This document shows, one piece after another, positions 9,238 to 17,590 of a DNA stretch of 64,000 nt; positions within the stretch are counted from its first letter, which is position 1; each line of letters begins with the position of its first letter. The notes beneath the pieces are model-generated. The model saw only the letters and a list, made by a program, of their open reading frames with translations, searched no databases and was not told the origin of the DNA. Source of the stretch: a virus (lineage: Duplodnaviria; Caudoviricetes). The stretch spans positions 1 to 64,000 of IMG/VR virus record IMGVR_UViG_3300027986_000008, one strand, 5' to 3'. A program made the position numbers and the translations under genes.

Positions 9238-9436
9238 GCCGGGAGATCGGGTTCGCTATCGATGGGCGCACCGATCGATAGGAACGATTCTAAAGCCGAC
9301 GAGAAGCGGACGAGACTCTCTAAAATCCGGAGATTGGGTAATTCGTTTCGACGGACCTCCGGAGTGGAAATCATCGGCCTGGGAGGAGAACCTGGAAATC
9401 ATCGAATCAAACGTTACCACGAAGAGGCCATCGTGA
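9218..9436 (+). CDS. Small SH3/KOW-like protein
   Basis: FKPGDRVRY...GTI...EENLE pattern. Confidence 0.55.
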   Translation: MRTEKFKPGDRVRYRWAHRSIGTILKPTRSGRDSLKSGDWVIRFDGPPEWKSSAWEENLEIIESNVTTKRPS

Positions 9437-9597
9437 GATCGAAGTACAAAGAGCGAATAGCCGAGGCCCTCGAAGGCTTCAAGGAGCGCTGCGTACAGAG
9501 GGATGCCGCGAGGGATCTTCAAACGAAGCAGGGCCAACTCTATCGGCTTCGCCGTGACGCTCTGCGTTATCGGGATGGAGTTCACGTATTATCCTAA
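9433..9597 (+). CDS. Hypothetical protein
   Basis: GTGA overlap with the upstream gene and GAGG SD. Confidence 0.4.
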   Translation: MRSKYKERIAEALEGFKERCVQRDAARDLQTKQGQLYRLRRDALRYRDGVHVLS

Positions 9598-9683
9598 CGG
9601 GCAACTCGCTCGCGAGGAGCCTTCGAAGGCTTTCCAGACGTTGGTTGGGGAGCAGGAGAGTATATTCGGATGATTACCCGACT

Positions 9684-10250
9684 ATGAGCGATTCCGTGAA
9701 GCTTCGCGTTGTTCCGTGCTCGCTTCGAAAAGCGAATGACTTCGTAGAAGTGTTCCATCGCCACAATCTGAGAACGTCTCGCGATGGAGGGAAGTTCGCC
9801 GTAGCTGTAGCGTCCGGCGTCGATGTGGTCGGAGTAGCGATAGTAGGCAATCCGCTTTCTGCCACATTGATGGACGGATTAACTGCGGAAGTCCTCCGAG
9901 CGTGCGTACTGCCGGACGCTCCGCGTAACTGCAACTCGTTGCTTTACGGAGCCTGCCGCCGCGTCTGGTTCGCGATGGGCGGTCGGAAGATTATTACGTA
10001 CACGCTAACCGAGGAGTCCGGCGCGAGCGTTCGCGGAGCCGGTTGGACGCTCGCCGCTGTCGTCAAAGGACACGATACGGCTACGTGGGGTAAGCAGGAT
10101 CATCTCCGGCGTCGCGAGCAAGCGATTCTCGGCCAATCGAAGCGAAGGTGGGAGGCGATCAATTCGACGGCCGTCGAAACTCCGGTATCATGGCCAGAGA
10201 AAGTAGCGGAGATCCAGGAAGGTACGATGTTCTCCGGAGTCGAATTCTGA
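9684..10250 (+). CDS. XF1762-like GNAT-fold protein
   Basis: ANDFV..HRH, VGVAIVG.P, EVLR, NSLLYGAC.R, ITYTL.EESGAS motifs. Confidence 0.75.
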   Translation: MSDSVKLRVVPCSLRKANDFVEVFHRHNLRTSRDGGKFAVAVASGVDVVGVAIVGNPLSATLMDGLTAEVLRACVLPDAPRNCNSLLYGACRRVWFAMGGRKIITYTLTEESGASVRGAGWTLAAVVKGHDTATWGKQDHLRRREQAILGQSKRRWEAINSTAVETPVSWPEKVAEIQEGTMFSGVEF

Positions 10251-10450
10251 TGTCGGTTACGATCGAGCACTCGCTTCGCCGCATGGCCGAGAACTCAGTA
10301 TATGACGATATCGTCTCCGCCGAGAAGGACGCGGCGAATCACGCGCTCTCTTACGTTAGGTTCTATGAGAAGCCGTGCCACCTGACGGTAAATTTGGGCT
10401 TCGGATCTCCGGACCTTCCGGAGGACGAATGGGCCGAATGGAGGATGTAG
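10250..10450 (+). CDS. Hypothetical protein
   Basis: TGATG coupling and GGAG SD. Confidence 0.5.
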   Translation: MSVTIEHSLRRMAENSVYDDIVSAEKDAANHALSYVRFYEKPCHLTVNLGFGSPDLPEDEWAEWRM

Positions 10451-10900
10451 ATGAAGTGCATATCGTTGTGGCAGCCGTGGGCGACTCTCTGGCTCCTCTC
10501 CGATCCGGATGAGAAGGTCTTCGAGACGAGAGGATGGTATACTCCTCACCGCGGTCCTTTGCTCGTACACGCGGCGAAGAAGAGAGACGGAGAGGTCAAG
10601 GAAGCTCTCGCCTCCGGACCGATGGTGACGGCTCTCCTTCAGCACGGCTTTCGCGCCGACGATCAGAAAGGACTCCATCTCTCCTTCGGAGCGATCATCG
10701 GAAGAGTCGATCTGATCGGCTGCTGCAAGATGAGCCGGATGCCTCCTCCGTCTACGAAAGAGGCAATGTTCGGATGCTGGGAGCCGGAGCGATACGCGTG
10801 GGAGAGGGGATCTTATCCGAGGCTATTCTCGAAGCCGATCCCGTACCGCGGAATGCAGACGATCTTCGAGGTGCCGGAGTACTCGGCGGGTTGGGATTAA
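10451..10900 (+). CDS. ASCH domain protein
   Basis: ISLWQPWA, K.FETR.W, RGPLLVHAA, GAIIG.V, PIPYRG motifs. Confidence 0.9.
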   Translation: MKCISLWQPWATLWLLSDPDEKVFETRGWYTPHRGPLLVHAAKKRDGEVKEALASGPMVTALLQHGFRADDQKGLHLSFGAIIGRVDLIGCCKMSRMPPPSTKEAMFGCWEPERYAWERGSYPRLFSKPIPYRGMQTIFEVPEYSAGWD

Positions 10901-10957
10901 AAAAGGGGAATTATATAGATGACTACCGAAAATCTTTTCCCGACCCTCATTTTTCGC

Positions 10958-10986
10958 TTGACAAGCGTGAGGGAGTCAAGTACACT
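10958..10986 (+). promoter_or_regulatory. Outer IS promoter overlapped by an inverted repeat
   Basis: TTGACA-N17-TACACT; CTTGAC...GTCAAG palindrome. Confidence 0.75.
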
Positions 10987-11031
10987 GAAAGAGTAGCAAA
11001 CATCAAGATCCCCTTTGAGAAGGAGAAGCCA

Positions 11032-11256
11032 ATGAAACACAACGGAAGCTGCGATAAAACCTGCGGGCACATGCTCGACATGACGACCGTCCCGTACACC
11101 CAGGCCGTCCAACGCCTTTTGGACCGCGACCCTCGCGTCGTTGAATACCGCGAGATTGACAGCGAATGGCTGGAAGTCGTCTATGCTTGCCACCGTCCCG
11201 TGGCTGCGATCTACCGCGCTAGCGCCGCCCAACTCGGCATCCAGGAGCTTGCGTAA
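11032..11256 (+). CDS. Outer IS cargo gene 1, hypothetical
   Basis: AAGGAG SD, ATG 11032. Confidence 0.7.
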   Translation: MKHNGSCDKTCGHMLDMTTVPYTQAVQRLLDRDPRVVEYREIDSEWLEVVYACHRPVAAIYRASAAQLGIQELA

Positions 11257-11481
11257 ATGACACGCGTACAGTACAGCGTATTCGATTCGCGCGAAGCGGC
11301 CATTGCCGCCGGATGGGCAGACGCCGAATTTGGCGACTGGCAGGAAAGTCTGAATGGGAAAATCCGCAAGGGATGGATAGCCCTGGACTTTCTCACCGTC
11401 GAGCAAGCAAGAGAGGATCACAGAGATTGCAGATCAAGCCGCCCCACGGTCGCCAGCCGCTACTCTGAACGTAAACAGTGA
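11257..11481 (+). CDS. Outer IS cargo gene 2, hypothetical
   Basis: TAAATG junction and AGGAG SD. Confidence 0.6.
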   Translation: MTRVQYSVFDSREAAIAAGWADAEFGDWQESLNGKIRKGWIALDFLTVEQAREDHRDCRSSRPTVASRYSERKQ

Positions 11482-11488
11482 GTCGAAA

Positions 11489-11773
11489 ATGGCTTGGCTG
11501 GAAGTCGTGCTGCCGGGTCACGGTAGTGATTGGGATGCACGTGAAGAGGATCTCCGCATGGAAGTCGAAGAATACCTCGGCACGGAGTACGATGCCGTGC
11601 TGAGGGAGGCGATCCAGGACGCGGATGGAAGGTTTTGGACGAACATCGAAATTCGGATTAGTGAGCCATCTGATCCGCCCGTCGAGCAAGAAATCTGCTG
11701 CATGAGCACATGGGAGCGTGGTTGCCGCTGCGATCAGTGCACGGCCAATCATGACGAAGAGGGGGGTCTCTAG
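11489..11773 (+). CDS. Outer IS cargo gene 3, acidic with Cys/His tail
   Basis: Operon packing. Confidence 0.6.
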   Translation: MAWLEVVLPGHGSDWDAREEDLRMEVEEYLGTEYDAVLREAIQDADGRFWTNIEIRISEPSDPPVEQEICCMSTWERGCRCDQCTANHDEEGGL

Positions 11774-11950
11774 GTGCAAACCATCCACATCACCATCGAA
11801 AGGGGAATTATATAGATGACTTCCATCGCTAGCCCCGCGCCTTTGCTTTCTTTCGCTTGCGTGCGCGAGCCTTCCCCTTTGCCGATTTCCCTTTCGGGTG
11901 GTAGGCCAACACGAGGTCTACCACCTTGTCCAGAATCTTGGGTGCGTCGC

Positions 11951-12868
11951 TCATCGGATGAGCCTCTTGTAGGTGAGCCGCTTTCCGGCACTGGCCACCA
12001 CGAAGCTGTCCAAGCGCTCCATCGTGTGTCGCGCGACGTTCCCCTCGTTGAGGCGAAACGTAAATTCATCGACGTAGCGGAACAGGTGCTTTTTGCTGGC
12101 GTGATGGTAGACGCCATGCAGCCCGCGTTTCAGGACGGCCCAGACACTCTCGATGGAGTTAGTGGAGACCGGACCACGGGCAAACTCTCCGGCGCTGTGG
12201 TTGACCCGCTCGTGACGATAGAACAGGCCGTCCAGGTCGTTGTACGCGCCGTACTCATCGGTGTAGATCGTAGAGCCAATTTCCACCGCGCCGTGGATCT
12301 CGTTTTGGATAGTGTTGATGCCGGTCGCGTCAACCACCATGGCGACGGTACGGCCTCCGCGTTCCCGCATTCCCAGCACGGCGGTTTTGCCGACCGACCC
12401 ACGGCCCGCGTTCAGCTTTTTGCAGGCGTGCTTGTTGCCTTCTTTTCCGCCGATGAAAGTCTCGTCAATCTCGACAATCCCGCGAAGCGTTTCCAGCTTA
12501 CCTCCGCAAGCTTCGCGGAGACGGCCCAGAACGAACCACGCGGACTTTTGCGTGATGCCGATCTCTTTAGCGAGTTGCATCGAGGAAATCCCCTTCCGCG
12601 CCGTCACGAGCAAGTACATAGAGTACAGCCACTTGTGCAGCGGAACGTGGGATCGCTCGAAGATGGTGTTCGTGCGGACGGTGAATATTTCGTTGCACGG
12701 GTTGCACCGGTAGTAGCCTCCGGCGCGGGCGGGAACGCAATCGCCAGCCGCGCAGAAGGGACACTTGACACCAGTCGGCCAGAGCCGCGCTTCGAGGTAA
12801 AGTCTCGCGGATTCGGCATCTGGGAACAACTCGAACAGTTGGAACGTGCTGATGGTGGAGCGAGACAT
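11951..12868 (-). CDS. tnp: IS1595-family DDE transposase
   Basis: Zn ribbon CPFC/CNPC, VEIDETFIGG, IYTDE, TNSIESVW, YVDEFTFR motifs. Confidence 0.95.
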   Translation of the reverse strand: MSRSTISTFQLFELFPDAESARLYLEARLWPTGVKCPFCAAGDCVPARAGGYYRCNPCNEIFTVRTNTIFERSHVPLHKWLYSMYLLVTARKGISSMQLAKEIGITQKSAWFVLGRLREACGGKLETLRGIVEIDETFIGGKEGNKHACKKLNAGRGSVGKTAVLGMRERGGRTVAMVVDATGINTIQNEIHGAVEIGSTIYTDEYGAYNDLDGLFYRHERVNHSAGEFARGPVSTNSIESVWAVLKRGLHGVYHHASKKHLFRYVDEFTFRLNEGNVARHTMERLDSFVVASAGKRLTYKRLIR

Positions 12869-13090
12869 CTATTCGACCTCCGAACGCAGGCGAAGATAGG
12901 GGTCGGAAGCGATGATTTCATCGGAGTCCGTGACGACCACTATGTCGGAATCGGAGAGCGTTCCGTCACAGTCAGCCTCAGGGCACGGAGCATTCAAGTA
13001 GCCCTCGTGAATCGGTTGGCTAGCTCCACACTTCGGGCACACGGCCACACCTTGCGGACAGCCAATCTGCTCTGCTCTTTCGCGTGTCAT
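12869..13090 (-). CDS. Inner IS cargo, Zn-binding hypothetical protein
   Basis: AGGAG SD; CPKC and CPEADC. Confidence 0.65.
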   Translation of the reverse strand: MTRERAEQIGCPQGVAVCPKCGASQPIHEGYLNAPCPEADCDGTLSDSDIVVVTDSDEIIASDPYLRLRSEVE

Positions 13091-13114
13091 GGCTTAGAAG
13101 CTCCTTTTTGCATA

Positions 13115-13366
13115 TTATTCAATCTCCAAGAACGCCGATGCGCGAACGTCGGGGTTCTCCACCGTCTGAATTTCATCTTTCCACACCAAGTCTCCAAAGA
13201 GCGCTTCAGCCTCGCGCTTTGCGCCGACTACGCTCTGACAATTCCGGGTGCTCATGAGCAATGCTGGCGCACCCGGTTGAGCACGAACCTTGACGCGAAA
13301 CCTTGCACCCTCGCGGGAGGAGCGGGATTCCCGCTCCCTTTCGATGGTGATAAAAATGGTCTGCAT
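13115..13366 (-). CDS. Inner IS cargo, paralogue of the split outer gene
   Basis: MQTIFITIERERESRSSREGARFRVKV...; internal palindrome. Confidence 0.85.
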   Translation of the reverse strand: MQTIFITIERERESRSSREGARFRVKVRAQPGAPALLMSTRNCQSVVGAKREAEALFGDLVWKDEIQTVENPDVRASAFLEIE

Positions 13367-13876
13367 TTACTTCGCCACCCGTGGAAGATAGCGGAACCAA
13401 TACCCGTCATCATCCTGCGCGATCCAAGTCACGTCGCCAGTGTCGAACGTGGCAAGAGCGGACTGCGCCATTTCCAGCGTGTCTTCCACATCTTTCCGCT
13501 GGTGGTCAAAGAGTTGATTCCAGGTTTCTGGCGACTCCATGACGCCTTCCATTTCTTCGATGATTTCTTGGAGTTCGAATCGCGTGGCGGGAGAGAACGG
13601 ATTGGAGCATCCGGCGATGAAGGCCATCAACACGCCTTCCTCTACTTCGCCGCCTACTTCCGCAATCCAGGCGCGGAGCTCCAGAGCCTCTTCGTCGCTG
13701 AGGCGATTACGGGTTTCCAGCGACATCGTGACGCGCGTCGTACCGTCCGGCTGGGGTTCGTAGTCGTCGCGCCATTCTCCGATGCACCCAAATTCCTGCA
13801 CGGCGCTGATGAGCGACTTCGGATCGTCGTCTTCCAAGTCGTATTGCGCTTCGGTGATAGACAGTTCAATGTTCAT
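13367..13876 (-). CDS. Inner IS cargo, acidic hypothetical protein
   Basis: AAGGAG SD before ATG 13876; leader resembles that of outer cargo gene 1 (CCCTTTGAGAAGGAGAA). Confidence 0.7.
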   Translation of the reverse strand: MNIELSITEAQYDLEDDDPKSLISAVQEFGCIGEWRDDYEPQPDGTTRVTMSLETRNRLSDEEALELRAWIAEVGGEVEEGVLMAFIAGCSNPFSPATRFELQEIIEEMEGVMESPETWNQLFDHQRKDVEDTLEMAQSALATFDTGDVTWIAQDDDGYWFRYLPRVAK

Positions 13877-13921
13877 GGTGTTTCTCCTTCTCAAAGGGGA
13901 CAAGATGTTTGCTACTCCTCA

Positions 13922-13950
13922 ATAGTAGCGGAGTTTTCCATGGAAGTCAA
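13922..13950 (-). promoter_or_regulatory. Inner IS promoter with -35 inside the terminal IR
   Basis: TTGACT-N17-TACTAT. Confidence 0.7.
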
Positions 13951-14179
13951 GTATATAATTCCCATCGAAAGGGAGCGGGATTCCCGCTCCTCTCGCGACG
14001 GCGCACGCTTCCGGGTGAAGGTCCACGCGCAACCGGGTAGCCCAGCACTCCTCATGAGCACGCGGAATTGTCAGAGCGTCGTCGGCGCGAAGCGCGAAGC
14101 CGAGGCCATCTTTGGCGACCTCGATTGGCGCGACGAAATGGGCGAGATTCGATCCTCTGCGTTTCTGGAGATGGAATAA

Positions 14180-15205
14180 ATGAGTCGATCCACTATCAGC
14201 ACCTTCGAGCTTTTCGACCTCTTCCCCGACGAAGAATCCGCCCGCGTCTATCTCGAAGGGCGACTCTGGCCGAATGGCACGGTCTGCCCGACGTGCCAAG
14301 CGCAGGATCGCATCACTCCCCGCGCCAAGGGGTACTATCGCTGCAACGCCTGCCAGCTTGATTTCACCGTCCGCACTGGGACGATTTTCGAGCGTTCGCA
14401 TGTCCCGCTGCACAAGTGGGTCTATGCCATGTATTTGCTCGTCACGGCCCGCAAAGGCATCTCCAGTTTGCAACTGGCAAAAGAGATCGGGGTCACTCAG
14501 AAAACCGCGTGGTTCGTCCTGGGACGCTTGCGCGAGGCATGTGGTGGCGAGATCGAGAAGTTGCAGGGCACAATCGAAATCGACGAAACCTTCGTCGGCG
14601 GCAAAGAGCGGAACAAGCACGAATCGAAAAAGCTCAAGGCTGGACGAGGGTCTGTCGGTAAGACCGCAGTCTTGGGTATGCGAGAGCGTGGGGGACGGAC
14701 CATAGCCATGGTCGTACCGTCCACGGACCTGGGCACCGTCCAGAACGAAATCCATGGTGCAGTCGAAGTCGGTAGCCAACTCTACACCGATGAGTTCGGA
14801 GCGTACACCGACCTCGATGGATTGTTCTTTCGTCACGAGACGGTCAACCACAGCGCCAAAGAGTTTGTCCGAGGCGCGGCTCATACGAACGGTATTGAGA
14901 GCGTCTGGGCCGTCCTGAAGCGCGGGCTGCATGGCGTCTACCATCACGCCAGCCCGAAGCACCTGCACCGTTACGTCGATGAATTCACCTGGAGGCTGAA
15001 TGACGGGAATGTGAAGCGTCACAGCCTGCGAAGGCTGGATAGCTTCGTGGACGCGACGAAAGGCAAGCATCTCACATACAAGACGGCTCTGCCGATGAAA
15101 CCCGTTCCACCGATCCTCGATAAGATGGCCGATTTGGTGCTGAATTATCGACCAAAAGACAAAGCCAAAACGCCGCGAAAGCGGAAGAAGGCGAAGCGCT
15201 CGTAA
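14180..15205 (+). CDS. tnp: IS1595-family DDE transposase with basic C-terminal extension
   Basis: Same motifs as 11951-12868. Confidence 0.95.
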   Translation: MSRSTISTFELFDLFPDEESARVYLEGRLWPNGTVCPTCQAQDRITPRAKGYYRCNACQLDFTVRTGTIFERSHVPLHKWVYAMYLLVTARKGISSLQLAKEIGVTQKTAWFVLGRLREACGGEIEKLQGTIEIDETFVGGKERNKHESKKLKAGRGSVGKTAVLGMRERGGRTIAMVVPSTDLGTVQNEIHGAVEVGSQLYTDEFGAYTDLDGLFFRHETVNHSAKEFVRGAAHTNGIESVWAVLKRGLHGVYHHASPKHLHRYVDEFTWRLNDGNVKRHSLRRLDSFVDATKGKHLTYKTALPMKPVPPILDKMADLVLNYRPKDKAKTPRKRKKAKRS

Positions 15206-15264
15206 GTGACTGGAAATTATGAGAGTAGGTAGTCATCTATATAATTCCCTAAAAAAGGATCTAA

Positions 15265-16485
15265 ATGGATGAGCGAATTAACGGATTTTCTCTTTGTGCC
15301 GGAGTCGGAGGACTCGATCTCGGAGTCGAGATTGCTTTCCCACGATACCGATGTATCGCAGCCGTCGAAAACAATCCGGAGGCCGCAAAGCGATTCCGTC
15401 TCCGCTTTCCAGAGGCGAAGGTCTTCCGAGATGTCGTGGGATTCGATGGACGACGAATCAACGGTATTGTGGATTGCGTTACTGCGGGCTGGCCGTGCCA
15501 ACCGCATAGCATTGCCGGAAAGCGGCTTGGAACCGCAGACGAGCGATGGATCTGGGGAGATATCGCTAGAATCCTCGGAGAAAGCGGAGCGCCTCTCTTC
15601 TTTGGTGAGAACGTATCGGGACTCCTGCGAGACGCCGACGGCGGTACTGAGGAAGGAGCCGACGGAGAAGTGGACGACGACTCAGACGGATCTATGGGGG
15701 GAATGGGAACCGTTTTGCGGGATTTGGCCGCGATGGGGTTTATCACTGTATGGGGAAGTCTACGAGCTTCCCAAGTGGGAGCCTCGCACGGAAGACCGAG
15801 AGTTTTCGTGTTGGCCTACAAGCCGACGGGAGGATTCCGAATCGACTGGTGCTCATCGAGGATATGCGGATACGCTAACGAGCGCAACGGAAGCGTGGAG
15901 TACGCCGAGAAGTCAATCGGCTCAATCCACCGGGCCGAGCAGAATAAAGAATCGCGAGGATATACAGACTCAAGCGGAGAAGTGGAAATCGGATCTTACG
16001 AAGGCAGATTATTTTTGGGGAACTCCGACCTCGCGAGACTGGAAGGACGGAGCATGCGAGAACTCGGAGGTTCCGGTGAATCGTCTGCTAGGCCGGGAAG
16101 TAGTGAAATGGAAGACTCCTCACGGTCTCTCGTTCCGACCGGAAGCGGGAGATCCAGGTGGAGGAGGGGAATTCGCAGAGCAGGCGACGAATTGGGGATC
16201 TTCGCGCCCGGCCCAAACTCTCCCGATTGGCCTGCAATTCTCGATCATAATTACCTGCTTCGCCCCTCTCTTTCTATATTTGAGCAATGCCTTACCGAGT
16301 CCCTACAACAAACTGGAGTCGATGTTCAAGAGGCGGTTGAATCCGAACTTCGTAGACTGGATGATGGGCTGGCTCGTCGATTGGTCGAGCGAAGGCCGCG
16401 TCTTTCGTGCGGCGGAAATGGAGTCGTACCTCTTCAAGCAGCGGCATGCTTTACTATCCTTGCTCGGAGAATCGGACTAATCTAA
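15265..16485 (+). CDS. C5 DNA cytosine methyltransferase (alpha-like chain)
   Basis: Motif I LCAGVGG, IV GWPCQ, VI ENV, VIII H.RPRVF, X GNGVVP. Confidence 0.9.
   Translation: MDERINGFSLCAGVGGLDLGVEIAFPRYRCIAAVENNPEAAKRFRLRFPEAKVFRDVVGFDGRRINGIVDCVTAGWPCQPHSIAGKRLGTADERWIWGDIARILGESGAPLFFGENVSGLLRDADGGTEEGADGEVDDDSDGSMGGMGTVLRDLAAMGFITVWGSLRASQVGASHGRPRVFVLAYKPTGGFRIDWCSSRICGYANERNGSVEYAEKSIGSIHRAEQNKESRGYTDSSGEVEIGSYEGRLFLGNSDLARLEGRSMRELGGSGESSARPGSSEMEDSSRSLVPTGSGRSRWRRGIRRAGDELGIFAPGPNSPDWPAILDHNYLLRPSLSIFEQCLTESLQQTGVDVQEAVESELRRLDDGLARRLVERRPRLSCGGNGVVPLQAAACFTILARRIGLI
15269..16480 (+). CDS. Fully overlapping +1-frame ORF, putative MTase beta chain
   Basis: 403 open codons; repeated W.TP motifs and motif-IX-like RLNPNFVDWMMGW. 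Confidence 0.65.
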   Translation: MSELTDFLFVPESEDSISESRLLSHDTDVSQPSKTIRRPQSDSVSAFQRRRSSEMSWDSMDDESTVLWIALLRAGRANRIALPESGLEPQTSDGSGEISLESSEKAERLSSLVRTYRDSCETPTAVLRKEPTEKWTTTQTDLWGEWEPFCGIWPRWGLSLYGEVYELPKWEPRTEDREFSCWPTSRREDSESTGAHRGYADTLTSATEAWSTPRSQSAQSTGPSRIKNREDIQTQAEKWKSDLTKADYFWGTPTSRDWKDGACENSEVPVNRLLGREVVKWKTPHGLSFRPEAGDPGGGGEFAEQATNWGSSRPAQTLPIGLQFSIIITCFAPLFLYLSNALPSPYNKLESMFKRRLNPNFVDWMMGWLVDWSSEGRVFRAAEMESYLFKQRHALLSLLGESD

Positions 16486-16486
16486 C

Positions 16487-16831
16487 GTGGCTCGACACGG
16501 CAGAGCCGTCGTTCCGTTCGGAAAGAAGTACAAGGGAGTTCAGGTCCGCTTCCTTCCGGATCATTACCTGACGTGGCTCGCCGGTTGGCTGGCTGAGGAG
16601 CCGGAGAAGGCGAAAAGGTTTGATTTCCTCCTCGAGTCGATCCAGAGTGAGCTGCGGCATCGAGGCTTAATGGAAGTAGAAGTCGAAGTGAAGCAGGAGC
16701 CGTTCGTCTGCGAGTGCATCTACTGCGACCTGGAGGCCGGAGAGTGCCCCTGCTCGTGCCACGCAGATAAGGAGAAGCGACAGGTTCGAAGCCGAGCGAT
16801 CGACCTCGAAGAGCTTGGGGGAGAATTATGA
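16487..16831 (+). CDS. DUF3820/ExoX C-terminal-like protein
   Basis: PFGKKYKG....LPDHYLTWL. Confidence 0.6.
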   Translation: MARHGRAVVPFGKKYKGVQVRFLPDHYLTWLAGWLAEEPEKAKRFDFLLESIQSELRHRGLMEVEVEVKQEPFVCECIYCDLEAGECPCSCHADKEKRQVRSRAIDLEELGGEL

Positions 16832-16841
16832 CGGCATACGA

Positions 16842-17555
16842 ATGGGTGGTTCCTCGTTGGACGAAATTCCGGCAGGAAGGGCCGAGAAGAAGGAACGAAA
16901 GTACGAGAACGGCTTCGAGAGAGCCTACCGTATGGCTGTTCAGTCACAAGATTTCGAATTAGCCTTGGGAATGCGAAAGAAACTCAACGGAAAGAAAATC
17001 GTGTATGCAAGCTCTAGAAGAAAAGGAATAGTGATGGATCACTCCGACGTCTTCCTGGTTCTCTCTGAGATGATTCGGAAGTCCGCCGAGGTAGAGTATC
17101 CGTCCGTTCCGACGTTAAAGCTCCGTTGCTTGATCGTATCGTTCGCTCTCTTCGATTGCTCTCGAAAGCTCGGAATAACCGGAGCAAAGCTCATCGGAGG
17201 ATGGTATCGCTTTGAGCCTCCACCGACCGGCAGGCCGGTTTTCGGGGACCAATCCTGGATTCAAGTTGCGAAGATGTATCGAGATGAAAAGGACCGTCAC
17301 GCCTGGGTTGAGTACGACGAAAAGATTTGGGATTTAACGAGAACCCAGTACGGAAACTTTCCCGATGTCTCTATCGCGACGGTCCCGAACCCTCACTATA
17401 TCGCAGATTGCATATCGATGGACGGAGAACTCGTTCGTCATCTTCTTCAGTCATGCGGAAACGACGGTCCCGGAGAAGCCTTCCGAATATCCAGCCGAGT
17501 TATAGCTGAATTTGGTGCGCTAGGCGGGATTCGAACCCGCAACCAAGGAGCTTAG
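16842..17555 (+). CDS. Hypothetical protein with transglutaminase/papain-like motif; start uncertain (alternative 17034)
   Basis: C..VS.AL...HAWVEYDEKIWDLT; 3' end overlaps the antisense tRNA. Confidence 0.5.
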   Translation: MGGSSLDEIPAGRAEKKERKYENGFERAYRMAVQSQDFELALGMRKKLNGKKIVYASSRRKGIVMDHSDVFLVLSEMIRKSAEVEYPSVPTLKLRCLIVSFALFDCSRKLGITGAKLIGGWYRFEPPPTGRPVFGDQSWIQVAKMYRDEKDRHAWVEYDEKIWDLTRTQYGNFPDVSIATVPNPHYIADCISMDGELVRHLLQSCGNDGPGEAFRISSRVIAEFGALGGIRTRNQGA

Positions 17556-17590
17556 ATTTCCCTGCTCTGACCAGTTCGAGCTACTAGCGC
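17513..17590 (-). tRNA. tRNA with CUA anticodon (amber-reading)
   Basis: GCGCTAG/CTAGCGC-A-CCA acceptor; GCTC/GAGC D arm; anticodon loop ATCTAAG; GCGGG-TTCGAAT-CCCGC T arm. Confidence 0.9.

Larger units (their letters stand above)
11803..13963 (-). mobile_element. IS1595-family element with cargo genes (inner, inverted)
   Basis: IRs GGGAATTATATAGATGACTTCCAT / ATGGAAGTCAAGTATATAATTCCC; 8-bp TSD ATCGAAAG at 11795-11802 and 13964-13971. Confidence 0.95.
11774..14179 (+). pseudogene. Outer IS cargo gene 4, split by the inner IS (11774-11802 plus 13972-14179)
   Basis: Joining the halves gives 78 aa MQTIHITIERERDSRSSRDGARFRVKV..., a close paralogue of 13115-13366. Confidence 0.9.
10906..15249 (+). 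mobile_element. IS1595-family element with cargo genes (outer element)
   Basis: Terminal IRs GGGAATTATATAGATGACTACC / GGTAGTCATCTATATAATTCCC; 8-bp TSD TAAAAAAG at 10898-10905 and 15250-15257. Confidence 0.95.

Noticed and set aside
11816-14179. 787-aa plus-strand ORF
   Set aside because: Antisense shadow of the inner IS genes. Only its last 79 codons are meaningful.
10906-15249. Composite transposon or invertible segment formed by two inverted transposases
   Set aside because: Two independent TSD pairs show nesting rather than flanking.
17513-17590. tRNA-Pyl
   Set aside because: It has canonical D-loop GG, TTC and a 5-nt variable loop, and there are no pyl genes in the window.
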